IMG/VR virus record: IMGVR_UViG_3300027861_002706
Span: 1-64,000 of that record
DNA from: a virus
DNA length: 64,000 nucleotides
Direction: 5' to 3' (one strand)
The position numbers were made by a program, and so were the translations under genes. Of this stretch, positions 33,751-44,288 are shown one piece after another (position 1 is the first letter of the stretch; the number at the start of each line of letters is the position of its first letter). The notes beneath the pieces were generated by a model. It saw nothing but the letters and a program-made list of their open reading frames with translations. It did not search any database and had not been told where the DNA came from.

Positions 33751-36321
33751 TTAACCCCTAGATAGACTGGTCTTAGGGACTAGTTTTACGCGATATTTTT
33801 TGAGCACAGGTGTGTAATACTCGGGATTAGCTAACGACGGATCGTTTTTCATCACAGCCTTTAGTCTGACTTGTTTAGCAGGCATCTCTGTCGTAATAGC
33901 CTTTATAGTAGTAGATCCTCCAGGCCCTGAGGTTTCAAAATTCACAGTAAGTATCTCCGGGACTACATTACCCTCGTTAGAGTACAGAGTTGGATGTCCT
34001 GTAGGATTTATGCGGTGCCAATCTCCATCATTAAAGGAGATATAGTACTCTATGTATCTCCTTTCAGGACTAAACTCAGCTGGGATCTCTTCGACTACCT
34101 CTAGTTGAGCTTTTATAATCTCTTTAGGAGTAGAAAAGCTTTTGCTTACTAGTTCAGAAGTCGGAGAAAATTTATAGTTAAACACAGATAGTTCTCTAAC
34201 TCCTATAGCATATCTCACCTTATCATAGTTCACTTCTAGCCATTGTTTTGCAATACTCCAACCGCTATCATCATGTGTAGTAGTCGTTTTAACACTTGTT
34301 TTTGAACCAAATAGAGCAGAAAGAACCCCGGCGATTATAGCGACTGGAATGGCGACAGGAGCAAGAGCTGCGAATGGTATAGCAAGTGCAACAGATCCAC
34401 CACCGGCGACTGCGCTTGCTAGAAGAGATCCCCCTATTCCAGCTCCCCCTGTGCTAGACCCCGAGACGCCTGCAGAATGAGAACCTGCGGCTGATTCTGG
34501 ACTGAAATCATCTACTGTATTATTATTACTATATATAGCTATAGTCTGAAGATAGTTCAGCTTGACAACTCTAGATATAAGGGTTTTACTTTTAGTTGTT
34601 GTATTCGTGTCTTTAGTAGACCCGTACCACTTTTTTTTCCGTTTTCTTACATGTACTGTAGTGTCAATCTCTCTTACCATTTGAACCGAAAGTCGCTGAT
34701 AGAGTGCTGGTACAGGTACTTTTTGTATTATTTTGAGTCGTACGTACCTGGAGAATGTCATTGGAAAGCTAAATACGCCCTTACCTCGGAAAGAGTACCT
34801 ATCGGGAGCTAGCACTTGTACGGCAACATCTGCCTGTAGCTCCTCGTTGGCTTCATCTGTTAAAACATTAGCGAATCTATGCTTGTACATGCCTGGAATA
34901 GTTTTGAACCCCTCAGATTCTGTGCCTGCAGTAGACACATCAGTTATTTCCATCCAAGCTGTTTCACCAAAGTTGATAGGCTGAAGGCTTACCCAGCTAA
35001 CAGGCTTTACTTGACCTAGATCTATCGTAATCTGTATCTCAAAATCTTCATTATCTGTTTGAATAGCTAAATCTCTAAGCTCGTCTAAGGAAAACTCTTC
35101 TGTACCTGGAGTTTGCTCAATTTTCTTGACGTATTCAGCTTCCCAGAATGATGCACTGCTCTCATCAAACATTCTTCTTCTTACTGCATTTTTCTCTGCC
35201 TCGCTGGCACCTCTATCAAACAACAGTAGGTCTTGAGCGCGCATAGCAGTACCGGGGATGTAACCATCTTGCTGTGTGGGGTCGAAAGGCTCATTTGTTG
35301 TATTGATCGTTTGGGTTGAATTTAGTTGCTCATCAGATATCCTGAATGGCCTCTCATCAAGATGCCATTGGCCACCCTCTGGTCTAGCTTGACCCATGAA
35401 ATTGTAGAAATTACCCTCGTAATATCTATTAACATTATCTGTTCTTGGAATACCCCCGACTATTCCAATCGTAGGCGGCGCGGGCTGTGGCGCAGACGTT
35501 CCTCCAGGTACTGTTCCTACTCCAGGATCTACTCCTTGTTGGGAACCATACCAGGCTCCTCCGCCTCCGAGTCCGGCATTACCAGTCATTGAGGGAATCG
35601 TTGTTGGAGTACCTACTGCACCTCCAGCAACAGCCCCAGCAGCAGGCGCAGCAGTAGGCGCAGCAGTAGGCGCAGCAGTAGGCGCAGTAGCTGATTCATT
35701 TACATAGAATCCCCCATTATCTGTTAGTATACTTGAAGGAGCGAGAGGTTCACAAGTGACTTTAGTTCCACCACCAACTAGATTGACGGATTCAATTCTA
35801 TTTAAAGTAACAAGACCATCTGCTGTTCTGACATCTGCGCTTGGTGCGGATAGGGCGAAAGCACCATCTACCTTTTTAATACTTTGAAAATCATCACCAA
35901 CGACAAGTACCTCTTGACCAAGCTGACCTTGGAATAGCCTGACATCAGTTATCTTAGATAGCGCAACTTCGCTGCGGTTCTCTAATTCTTTACCCATCTG
36001 TTTGGCGGCGTTATAAGACCCTATCACAATCGGCTTTATCGCGTTAGTCTCATCGGTACATACGGACAAGTCCTCCATTGCATCTAATATGGTGTCATTG
36101 TATTTTTCAGCTACTACGACATCTCCTTTAGTCAAAGGAGAGAACTGGAATCTAGGAGATTTAGCTTTAGTAAAGAATCTTTTAAACTCTATGAATAAGT
36201 CTGTCAGTATATCGAATATACTCCCACGATCTCTTTCGGAGTTTCTCCTGACAATACGGTCAAATAGCGCCGCAATCTTATTCTTGGTTAGCCTAGAGCG
36301 GTTTGGGTTCTTGAATCTCAT
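33751..36321 (-). CDS. Virion structural protein, paralogue 3 of 4, with low-complexity linker and hydrophobic segment
   Basis: VVAEKYNDT...DL; MFDESSASFW; PTAA repeats; GGSLLASAVAGGGSVALAIPFAALAPVAIPVAIIAGVLSALFG. Confidence 0.7.
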   Translation of the reverse strand: MRFKNPNRSRLTKNKIAALFDRIVRRNSERDRGSIFDILTDLFIEFKRFFTKAKSPRFQFSPLTKGDVVVAEKYNDTILDAMEDLSVCTDETNAIKPIVIGSYNAAKQMGKELENRSEVALSKITDVRLFQGQLGQEVLVVGDDFQSIKKVDGAFALSAPSADVRTADGLVTLNRIESVNLVGGGTKVTCEPLAPSSILTDNGGFYVNESATAPTAAPTAAPTAAPAAGAVAGGAVGTPTTIPSMTGNAGLGGGGAWYGSQQGVDPGVGTVPGGTSAPQPAPPTIGIVGGIPRTDNVNRYYEGNFYNFMGQARPEGGQWHLDERPFRISDEQLNSTQTINTTNEPFDPTQQDGYIPGTAMRAQDLLLFDRGASEAEKNAVRRRMFDESSASFWEAEYVKKIEQTPGTEEFSLDELRDLAIQTDNEDFEIQITIDLGQVKPVSWVSLQPINFGETAWMEITDVSTAGTESEGFKTIPGMYKHRFANVLTDEANEELQADVAVQVLAPDRYSFRGKGVFSFPMTFSRYVRLKIIQKVPVPALYQRLSVQMVREIDTTVHVRKRKKKWYGSTKDTNTTTKSKTLISRVVKLNYLQTIAIYSNNNTVDDFSPESAAGSHSAGVSGSSTGGAGIGGSLLASAVAGGGSVALAIPFAALAPVAIPVAIIAGVLSALFGSKTSVKTTTTHDDSGWSIAKQWLEVNYDKVRYAIGVRELSVFNYKFSPTSELVSKSFSTPKEIIKAQLEVVEEIPAEFSPERRYIEYYISFNDGDWHRINPTGHPTLYSNEGNVVPEILTVNFETSGPGGSTTIKAITTEMPAKQVRLKAVMKNDPSLANPEYYTPVLKKYRVKLVPKTSLSRG
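35638..35692 (-). repeat. 12-nt coding tandem repeat (PTAA x3 plus flanking variants)
   Basis: gcagcagtaggc is repeated on the + strand. Confidence 0.9.
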
Positions 36322-38951
36322 AGCTTTGTATTCTTTATCTTTACTTTGATGTTATCTACTTTAGGGGTTATGTCTGTAACAATATTCACGTTACATCTCA
36401 TAGTTATATTGACCTTTACGTACTGTGTAAGCCACCTATAAAATACTTTTATATTACTTTGTTTAATTGGCTTACTAAAATATATGAATGGTCCTGCTTG
36501 GATATATTGATATTCGAGTCCAACAGCATTGTCGTCTACAAATGCGGGGTTCTCTAGTTTTTCAAAATCCGTGAGATTGAATGCTTTGACGTCATTGACA
36601 AACACTCGTGTCGGCTCATAGGTATTATCCTGAAAATAGAATCTTCGGCCATCGACATAGTAGGACTGGCCAGCTTGGTACTCAGTAGAGCTATTAGTAG
36701 ATCCCGCATAGTTGCTAGCCAGAGTCATGCTTGTGGCGTTTGTTATGGATTCTATCTGATATGTTTCAGTTTCATTTTTGACGCGGAAATAATTAGTTAC
36801 TCCGATAGATGTGTCTATGTTAGATGTAAAATCTGTTAGGTATCCAGTTACCGCGGTATCGCTGTTAGTAGTAGCGACTGTTCCAGCCATGTAGTTTGGT
36901 TTTGTAGGCTCGAATATCCATTTATCGGACTCTCCATCTAGCTTAGTCCAAGACGATGCATTATTTATTATCTCGTATTCGGTGTATGGGTAGTACGAAA
37001 GTCTTATCGCATTGTTTGTATTGGTTTCTGTGAATGTTTCACCATCACTAAACTCTTTTGAGTCAAACACTTTTAGTGCGTTGACTGTAACCGCAGATGG
37101 CAACACCCAGTAGTCGATAGTATATATAGCATTAGAATCAAAATTGTTTACAATAGTGAGTTTACCGAAGCTGCCCGATGTGTCGAATGTATACTCGGAT
37201 AGTAGGATTCGCATTCCGTTTTTTCGAATAACTACGGCAGAGCCCTGTAGGGGTTTAAATCTAGTGTAACCATACTCATCTGCTCTAGGAATTTTTAAGT
37301 ACTCATCCTTAACTTTATATCCAGAAATACCTTGTACGGTACTAATCCTAGGCGCGCTATCTGGTAATATAGGAATTCTTGTGTTGTCTGCAAATTCAAG
37401 TTCGTACTCTATGGAGGTTCTATTAAATTTAGTGTATCCATCATTAAATTCAGGATGAATCTCTGTAGCTTCTAGTTGGATCTCAGTGATAGTAGCATTC
37501 GAGTTGAATTTTGGTGATTCATAGTATGATACTGGCTGGTATCGTACATATGATATATCTATAGATCGTATCCCATATATATATTCAAATTTCTTTACTT
37601 CTATGGTTTCTGGAGTGTTAGGTTTATCCGGTTGATCAGATCCCATTAGCGATGCAATTGACTTACTTTTAGGAAGAGCTATCTTATGCAATATGCTAGT
37701 CATAGCATCAGTAAAATTTTGCATATTTTTATACTGATCTTTTTGTTTTACATCTTGAAAATGCATGTATCTTATCTCTTCAGATACCATATGGACTGCA
37801 TTTAGGAAGGCTAATTTTTCTGGCTCAGCTTTTATAACTCCATAATTCATATCGTCTAATTTAAAATCAAACATAGAATCGTCATATTCTGATTGAGCTA
37901 TCTGACTCCATAGCATTTGGTTATGGACTATGTTTGCTGGTAAATGATATATATTTTTATCATAGTTTTCTTGCTCAAGTACTATAATCAGATTAGACAT
38001 AGCGATTGGCCTGAATGATATCTCGTACCAATCGAGTGTAGGCTCCTTTACGGTAAACCCGGGCACAGTTCTGTATGTGCTCTCAGAAGGATTTTGCTTA
38101 TATGCAAGATCTACTATTCTTACAGGATAAGGAGCAAATGGGAGAATAGATATGTTATTTACTTTACTTGTTTTTGGGAACTGAATCTCTATCTCACCGA
38201 TCGCGCCATTGGAAGTATAGCTTGTGCCTAATCCGGCATCAGAGGTAGTTTGATAAGTATGTTTAACAACTTCATCTGTAAGAACCAGCTGGGCCCAAAA
38301 TGTTCTTGGATCATTATCGAGCATATTGTCGGTATCAAATGACTGATCTAAGTTATTAGTTATTCCACCGCCAAGATTCTTAATAGTTACTACAGTCTCA
38401 GATTCACCAGTTCTCTTGTCTTGGACTCTAGCTCTGCTGCGTTCACCTAGTTCTAATTTTCTTACATCAGTATCAACGATGGCTTTAGGTTGTCTTTTAG
38501 TAGCGTTTCTGGCATCAGAAAAATCTATGTATTTAAGGTCCTGATACTGGGGATTATCTTTTAAAAATTGGTACTTCTCTATCTCATTCAGGGACTTAAT
38601 GATTGATGCTTTAGACTGTGTAAAATCTGCTAAGTTGGATGCAAATGACGTACTTGCTATTTTATCTACCTGATTTAGCTCAGAATAGAGTGCAAACATG
38701 TCTACATACAGTTCTTTTTGTGTGTCGTTCCAGTCTTCTGAGCTAATTCTTTCACCAGGTATTGCTTCTCTGAACTTAGTTATAGGTTCAAGAGTCGATT
38801 TAGCTATCCTTTTGATCAGGGTAGCTAATAGCTCCTTGGCTTCACCGGAGTTACTTACCATACCCGCTTTAATCTCTGAGTTAATCAGGGACTTGAGCGC
38901 GGAACGTCTACCCTTAGATAGAACAGATGATATTTGTTGTAGTAGCTTCAT
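36318..38951 (-). CDS. Virion structural protein, paralogue 4 of 4
   Basis: RISSEDWNDT...DMFALYSE; NMLDNDPRTFW; C-terminal TPKVDNIKVKI, resembling the TPVL/TPKV ends of the other paralogues. Confidence 0.7.
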   Translation of the reverse strand: MKLLQQISSVLSKGRRSALKSLINSEIKAGMVSNSGEAKELLATLIKRIAKSTLEPITKFREAIPGERISSEDWNDTQKELYVDMFALYSELNQVDKIASTSFASNLADFTQSKASIIKSLNEIEKYQFLKDNPQYQDLKYIDFSDARNATKRQPKAIVDTDVRKLELGERSRARVQDKRTGESETVVTIKNLGGGITNNLDQSFDTDNMLDNDPRTFWAQLVLTDEVVKHTYQTTSDAGLGTSYTSNGAIGEIEIQFPKTSKVNNISILPFAPYPVRIVDLAYKQNPSESTYRTVPGFTVKEPTLDWYEISFRPIAMSNLIIVLEQENYDKNIYHLPANIVHNQMLWSQIAQSEYDDSMFDFKLDDMNYGVIKAEPEKLAFLNAVHMVSEEIRYMHFQDVKQKDQYKNMQNFTDAMTSILHKIALPKSKSIASLMGSDQPDKPNTPETIEVKKFEYIYGIRSIDISYVRYQPVSYYESPKFNSNATITEIQLEATEIHPEFNDGYTKFNRTSIEYELEFADNTRIPILPDSAPRISTVQGISGYKVKDEYLKIPRADEYGYTRFKPLQGSAVVIRKNGMRILLSEYTFDTSGSFGKLTIVNNFDSNAIYTIDYWVLPSAVTVNALKVFDSKEFSDGETFTETNTNNAIRLSYYPYTEYEIINNASSWTKLDGESDKWIFEPTKPNYMAGTVATTNSDTAVTGYLTDFTSNIDTSIGVTNYFRVKNETETYQIESITNATSMTLASNYAGSTNSSTEYQAGQSYYVDGRRFYFQDNTYEPTRVFVNDVKAFNLTDFEKLENPAFVDDNAVGLEYQYIQAGPFIYFSKPIKQSNIKVFYRWLTQYVKVNITMRCNVNIVTDITPKVDNIKVKIKNTKL

Positions 38952-40210
38952 TCAAACTCCAACAGTGTGTCAACACCTAGAGTTACATGTTTGGATATTC
39001 GACGCTTGATCTCAGCTATTGTCATTACATCTTTAACTTCTTCTGGTATCTCTGCGATGATTACAGATGATCCTGGGTAAGGCACCCCGTCAGCAAATCC
39101 AACATCAGTAACAGAGTACATGTTTTTATTCTTTTGCAAGCTGCTACTGTACTCTGCATCTTTTATTCCACCACCTCTGGTACGTGTATCTAGTATATTT
39201 GTATCTTCTACGGTATTAGTCTGTCTGATATGGTATCCACCAAGGATAAGTATCGGCTCATTTTCAGCAGGCAAAGAAACTATCGCGTCTAATAGGTTGT
39301 TAGATATCTTATGATAGATAGACTTACCTCGAGATATCCCATCTGGATGAACCTCTGTTGGTTTCAAGTATATAAGTACATATCTGCCAGCTACGCCTGG
39401 GTTCTGTTCTATGGCCGGGTTCAGATTTATCTTATCATATACATACGAGATATCTTTATACGTATATTCTACAAAGACTTCAGAATTTTGAGGTAGCTCT
39501 TCTTTAAGATATATGAAGCCGTTTTGCTCGTCTACATCTTCTATCATGTCATATAAAGGTACACCGCCATCTACAGATATATCTATATTACTATCTCTAT
39601 AGTATAGTGGTTTATCTCTCAGTATTATTTTTTTTCTATCTGAGAATAGTCCTTTATCTGCACCTGGCTTATACGGGCGGCCATAGACAGGATGCCAGAG
39701 TTGGTTTTCATACTCCGGTACACTGAATATATAGTTTTTACCACCGTGAGATTTAGATATTGTTCCTATATCGATTCTTGGATACCATGGTGCGGTTCTA
39801 TCGCTGTCACTTACTCCGTCTATTCGTATTCTAGTTTCTTCTTCGTACCTAACTACATGTCTTTTTAGATCTATAAAGTAGCCACCCTCATAGTTGGGAG
39901 CAGAGGTGTTAGTCACCAGTTCACCAGTATCTAAATTTAGCGCCTCGTTCAAAGCTACTGCTTTAAATGGGAGGTTAGAGACATTGATATCTCTTTGAAA
40001 ATCCCTTATATTTTTATCAGTGTATATTATCTCTATTGTTTTAGCAGGAGACATTTGCTCCAAGACAACACTGGTGTCAGTTCCAGAAATACTAAAATCT
40101 GTACCAAAGGTACCAGAATTAGAATGATAGACGATAAGCCCTCGGGACTTATCTCTTTTCTCCACATAGTGGACTGGTATCTTTTGGTGCGGGTCTGAAA
40201 ATCTGGTCAT
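38948..40210 (-). CDS. Virion structural protein (LDTRTRGGG motif)
   Basis: 420-aa ORF in the structural operon; LDTRTRGGG...DVGFADGVPYPG. Confidence 0.65.
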   Translation of the reverse strand: MTRFSDPHQKIPVHYVEKRDKSRGLIVYHSNSGTFGTDFSISGTDTSVVLEQMSPAKTIEIIYTDKNIRDFQRDINVSNLPFKAVALNEALNLDTGELVTNTSAPNYEGGYFIDLKRHVVRYEEETRIRIDGVSDSDRTAPWYPRIDIGTISKSHGGKNYIFSVPEYENQLWHPVYGRPYKPGADKGLFSDRKKIILRDKPLYYRDSNIDISVDGGVPLYDMIEDVDEQNGFIYLKEELPQNSEVFVEYTYKDISYVYDKINLNPAIEQNPGVAGRYVLIYLKPTEVHPDGISRGKSIYHKISNNLLDAIVSLPAENEPILILGGYHIRQTNTVEDTNILDTRTRGGGIKDAEYSSSLQKNKNMYSVTDVGFADGVPYPGSSVIIAEIPEEVKDVMTIAEIKRRISKHVTLGVDTLLEFE

Positions 40211-40211
40211 G

Positions 40212-43200
40212 TTATCCTGTATTTACGTATAAATCGTATCTGCCTGCATTAGCGGTTAAAACTGTAAAGTAAGTATCTTGTCCAGCAGTCCCATACTGCA
40301 CTATGGGCTCTGGATTTATGACTTCTCTCTTTCCAGGTATCAACTTGTATGAATTCGCGCTATCTGATGCATTATATTCTACAAAGATAGACTTCCCTGA
40401 TAAAGATAAAAAGTGGCTATATATAACAACTGCGAAATTACCTGCAGGAAGATCATTATTATAGAAGTCCTTTGAAGATACTTCTATGTCGTAAGGGTAC
40501 TGGGCTATATCTAGCTCAGTACCATTTTCTGAGACTATCCTTATCTCAGGCTTTAGCACATCTAGATCTGATACTAAGATCCCGGATTTGTTGAGATAAT
40601 ACCTACCTCTGCCCACTAGATACTTATAGAATAAGGGGTACGGCGCTTCTAGATCTCTTCCAACAGCAGATCTATTAGATATTACTATATCCGTAGTGTC
40701 TATTTGTCCCCCATAATAGAGCTGTGTTCCAGCGATGTATTCAACTACTTGATTTTGGAGTGAGAACTTACCGCGGAGATGGTTAGAGATATTAGCCGAC
40801 TCCATATCTGAAAGATCTATAATTGATATATTATTATCTGCATCTAGATCAGGTGTATTTATCTTTGCTAAGTTCACACTACCATCAGGTACGGTAGGAG
40901 CTATCCTGAATGGAGACTTTGTCTCACACACAACAGCTGCTATTCCACTAGATATAATGGTCCTATCAAATGAATTTGTATACTTATATGGCCTATCGCT
41001 GGATATCTTATATGAACCAAAGTCTACATATAGATGAGTATCCCCTGCGGTTCCCTCAGGCATGACAGCGTAGGCCACTCGAGGACTAGTGGCTAGTACT
41101 CTTCCTGTATTCAATTTGGATCCCCCTACATATACGTCTAAGGGAGGATCTGATTTGATAGTATCTGTCTGACTCCAGTCAGAGAAGGTAGAGCTATCTA
41201 ATAGACCTTCTATCACAGTTAGTTCATCTATTGATCCGACACAGCTAGCAGCTATCTCTATTCCCGGTTTAGCTGCCCCTCCAACATTCATATAATTGCT
41301 GATGGTCTGGGGAACCAACTCAGTAAATTCTTCGTAAGTTCCTGCGACCCAGGTTCTAACTGAAGTAGTCGTAGGATCTATTGCGACACCACACGACCTA
41401 TATGTATTGGTTCCTGCGTATGCGGAAGTATGAGAGTGAGATAAACGAGGTGAAGCGTTACCGTTATACACATCTACATACAGGTAGCCACTGGTGTCAA
41501 TACCTATATCATAACCCTTGATAGAGGCACCCGTTGAAATGTATCTGACTATACTGGATTTTTGAATTGGATTTCTATATCCACCAAACTTGAAGAACAC
41601 AGACATCGGCTGATCGTTACCGCCAGCCATGCCAGCATCGTATGGCACAAGCATTCCGCCATATATCTCTGATCCATTATTTAAGAACGATCTAGCGAAG
41701 TGGGTAGCTGATCCTATGACGCCAGATTCACCTCTAATAGTAATCCTTCTTTTTGCATGAGGTATTATTGCTTCATTGTTAGTTCCGCCCCAGAACTCCA
41801 CATCGTCTACAATAGGACCAGCTGATTCATTGAAGTGAAGAAGTGTCTGTGTTTTCCAATCGCTAGCAGTCCCTGCTCCAGTATACGCTGGTATCTCGTA
41901 TATATTTCTGAAGAATGGATCTACTATACCGGCGGATTGTGCATAATTAGATAGACTGGCTGCGGAAGTTTCTATCCTTAATTCATCTATTCTCATATGT
42001 GTAGGATTATTATTAAGATTATCGGAACCTGCGAATATACCTCCGTCACTCAGATCCATATCACCTATACTGGCAGATCTAGTGAGTGCGTTTAACTCTC
42101 CGTCGATTGAGGCACTTAGGTAAGTACCTCTTTTTGATATACTTATCAAGCTATCCTTATTGAGAGGTACTGGCCAAGTTCCTGTCGCAGAGACAGAATT
42201 GGCCCGCAAAATAGGATAGCCCTTGTTATCTAAGGATAATTTTATTTCATTACTAGATCCTACAGCATAAAAAATTACTCCATTATTAGATAAGTTATAG
42301 GCTAATAGATTAGCATAAAAATCTATGGTCCAATCAGCAGCAGCAAAATTATAAGCATTAGTCGTAATTGCATAAAATGATCCTTTTGTTATATCATGTA
42401 ATCGTATATTTGATACGCTGAACTCTGTTTTATCTGGCGCGATATCCTGTGTGGATGTCCATGATATTTTGTTATTACCATCAACAAAATCCTCAATTAA
42501 GAGCTCAACTTCTTTTACGCCTTTATAGTCAAAGTTGGTGAAATAGGATGTATTCAATAATGAACCATTATCATGTACAACTTTAATTGCACCAAAAGCA
42601 ATATCTAAATGGAACTTGAGAAGCTTATCTCCATCAGAGCCAGTGATATTTGTTATTGCAAAACCATCAGATAGTCCAGTAGAATGAGCCTTAACTACTT
42701 GAGCGTTATATGGAGTACCGGTAAGATTGTCCGCTGCGATATCTAGGTAATGTGTGCCAGCGGAAAATTCTATGGTTTCATTAGAGTTAGCAATAATCTC
42801 TAGTCCGCTACCAATAAATCCAAAGGCCGTACCAACACCAGTGTCTCCGTTAGGATCCACATACCCCGTGACGTCTATAAACGTATCTAAAAATGATGTA
42901 GCATTAGTGGCCGACACTGCAGAAGTTCCAAGCTGAATTTGTTCATTAAAGACTCCCGCTATACCTGACTGGACTTCAAGTGTGGTCTGCCCTGTTATGT
43001 CATTTGTAGAGGAGTCCACTAGATCAGATCCACTATTAAAATGATATAAACCTACAGTGGTAGAGGATGGAATTCTTTCCGATCTTAGGTTATTAGTACT
43101 ATCCAATTGGATAGCTATTGTATTGCCGCCGTCTACTCCACCCCAGCTAGGCTCTAATATTATCTTAGATTTGTCCGAGGAAGATTTGAGTGTGATGCGA

Positions 43201-44288
43201 TCGACTCGCGGAGGTTCTGCAGTCCCATCTGTAGACGCTTGGCTTATATAGAATCTTAATTTATCTGTACCATCCCCTGCTGTAGGTATTCCATTGATTA
43301 GTATCTCTTGATTAGGTACGCTGGTGATAGTTGTGTACGATCCATAGTCTGTCCAATTGGCGGTCACGCTGCTCTTATACTGTGGCTTTATCTTAGTCAG
43401 TCCGTTGCCGGTCTCTATCTCGCTAACTACATAAATGGCGTTATACTTTGTAAGGCCAAGACTAGGAGCATATTCTGGAGTAATGGCGGTTTGTTCTCCA
43501 GTAGAGTATATGCCTGAAGCAATTGAATCTTCGTCAAGATACATTCCTGACGCGGATTGATATATATAATCAACTAATGTTTTACCTATAGTTTCTGGAG
43601 AAGTTGTATCGCTGCCAGTATCGAATGCACCTAGCTGTAATTTTTTTGATACGGTTGCTCCAGTAAACTTATCGATACCAGCGAAAGCACTACCGTCCTG
43701 TAGTAATACATAGTAGTCATCTTGTTTGAATCCAAATCTTAGTCTTTGTGGAGCAGCTTCTAGATCTATAGGTATGAAGTCTGTAGCGCCTCTAACTCCT
43801 ACACCTGAATCAACAAAATAAAATTCTATTCGTTGGGCACCATCATCGACTAGCATGCTATGGCCAAGCTTAGTAGACGATGTATCCGCTATAGGGACTT
43901 GGACTCTAGTTTCAATTGTGTATCCAGCAGTGTTACTCACAGAATTAAAGTATGAAGTTTCTGTTAGATGAAAATATTCAGAGGTAGCAGTAGTTTCAAA
44001 GTTTAGAAATGAGCCACCAACAGCAAACCTACTCGAAGAATGTCCACCTCCTGCAGATATATCGAATTGACTTTCTAACACACCTGGAGCAGGAGATATA
44101 TCATTTTGATTAGTCCATGTTGGAGTAATCCACGTGGTTCCGATATATCCCGTGTTAGACGCATTAGATAATAGTCTTAGCGTACTACCAACTATACCGA
44201 TTTGAGTAGAGTCACTTAGCGTGAATCCATCAGTCTCTGTATCCAGAAACTCTTCAGTAGATAGATGTGCACTAGGAGGAGTAAACAT
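40212..44288 (-). CDS. Large multi-LamG (lectin-like) virion protein
   Basis: TVGLYHFNSG...DSSTN, WTIDFY, MRIDELRI, TLLHFNESAG, GSIDELTV. Confidence 0.75.
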   Translation of the reverse strand: MFTPPSAHLSTEEFLDTETDGFTLSDSTQIGIVGSTLRLLSNASNTGYIGTTWITPTWTNQNDISPAPGVLESQFDISAGGGHSSSRFAVGGSFLNFETTATSEYFHLTETSYFNSVSNTAGYTIETRVQVPIADTSSTKLGHSMLVDDGAQRIEFYFVDSGVGVRGATDFIPIDLEAAPQRLRFGFKQDDYYVLLQDGSAFAGIDKFTGATVSKKLQLGAFDTGSDTTSPETIGKTLVDYIYQSASGMYLDEDSIASGIYSTGEQTAITPEYAPSLGLTKYNAIYVVSEIETGNGLTKIKPQYKSSVTANWTDYGSYTTITSVPNQEILINGIPTAGDGTDKLRFYISQASTDGTAEPPRVDRITLKSSSDKSKIILEPSWGGVDGGNTIAIQLDSTNNLRSERIPSSTTVGLYHFNSGSDLVDSSTNDITGQTTLEVQSGIAGVFNEQIQLGTSAVSATNATSFLDTFIDVTGYVDPNGDTGVGTAFGFIGSGLEIIANSNETIEFSAGTHYLDIAADNLTGTPYNAQVVKAHSTGLSDGFAITNITGSDGDKLLKFHLDIAFGAIKVVHDNGSLLNTSYFTNFDYKGVKEVELLIEDFVDGNNKISWTSTQDIAPDKTEFSVSNIRLHDITKGSFYAITTNAYNFAAADWTIDFYANLLAYNLSNNGVIFYAVGSSNEIKLSLDNKGYPILRANSVSATGTWPVPLNKDSLISISKRGTYLSASIDGELNALTRSASIGDMDLSDGGIFAGSDNLNNNPTHMRIDELRIETSAASLSNYAQSAGIVDPFFRNIYEIPAYTGAGTASDWKTQTLLHFNESAGPIVDDVEFWGGTNNEAIIPHAKRRITIRGESGVIGSATHFARSFLNNGSEIYGGMLVPYDAGMAGGNDQPMSVFFKFGGYRNPIQKSSIVRYISTGASIKGYDIGIDTSGYLYVDVYNGNASPRLSHSHTSAYAGTNTYRSCGVAIDPTTTSVRTWVAGTYEEFTELVPQTISNYMNVGGAAKPGIEIAASCVGSIDELTVIEGLLDSSTFSDWSQTDTIKSDPPLDVYVGGSKLNTGRVLATSPRVAYAVMPEGTAGDTHLYVDFGSYKISSDRPYKYTNSFDRTIISSGIAAVVCETKSPFRIAPTVPDGSVNLAKINTPDLDADNNISIIDLSDMESANISNHLRGKFSLQNQVVEYIAGTQLYYGGQIDTTDIVISNRSAVGRDLEAPYPLFYKYLVGRGRYYLNKSGILVSDLDVLKPEIRIVSENGTELDIAQYPYDIEVSSKDFYNNDLPAGNFAVVIYSHFLSLSGKSIFVEYNASDSANSYKLIPGKREVINPEPIVQYGTAGQDTYFTVLTANAGRYDLYVNTG

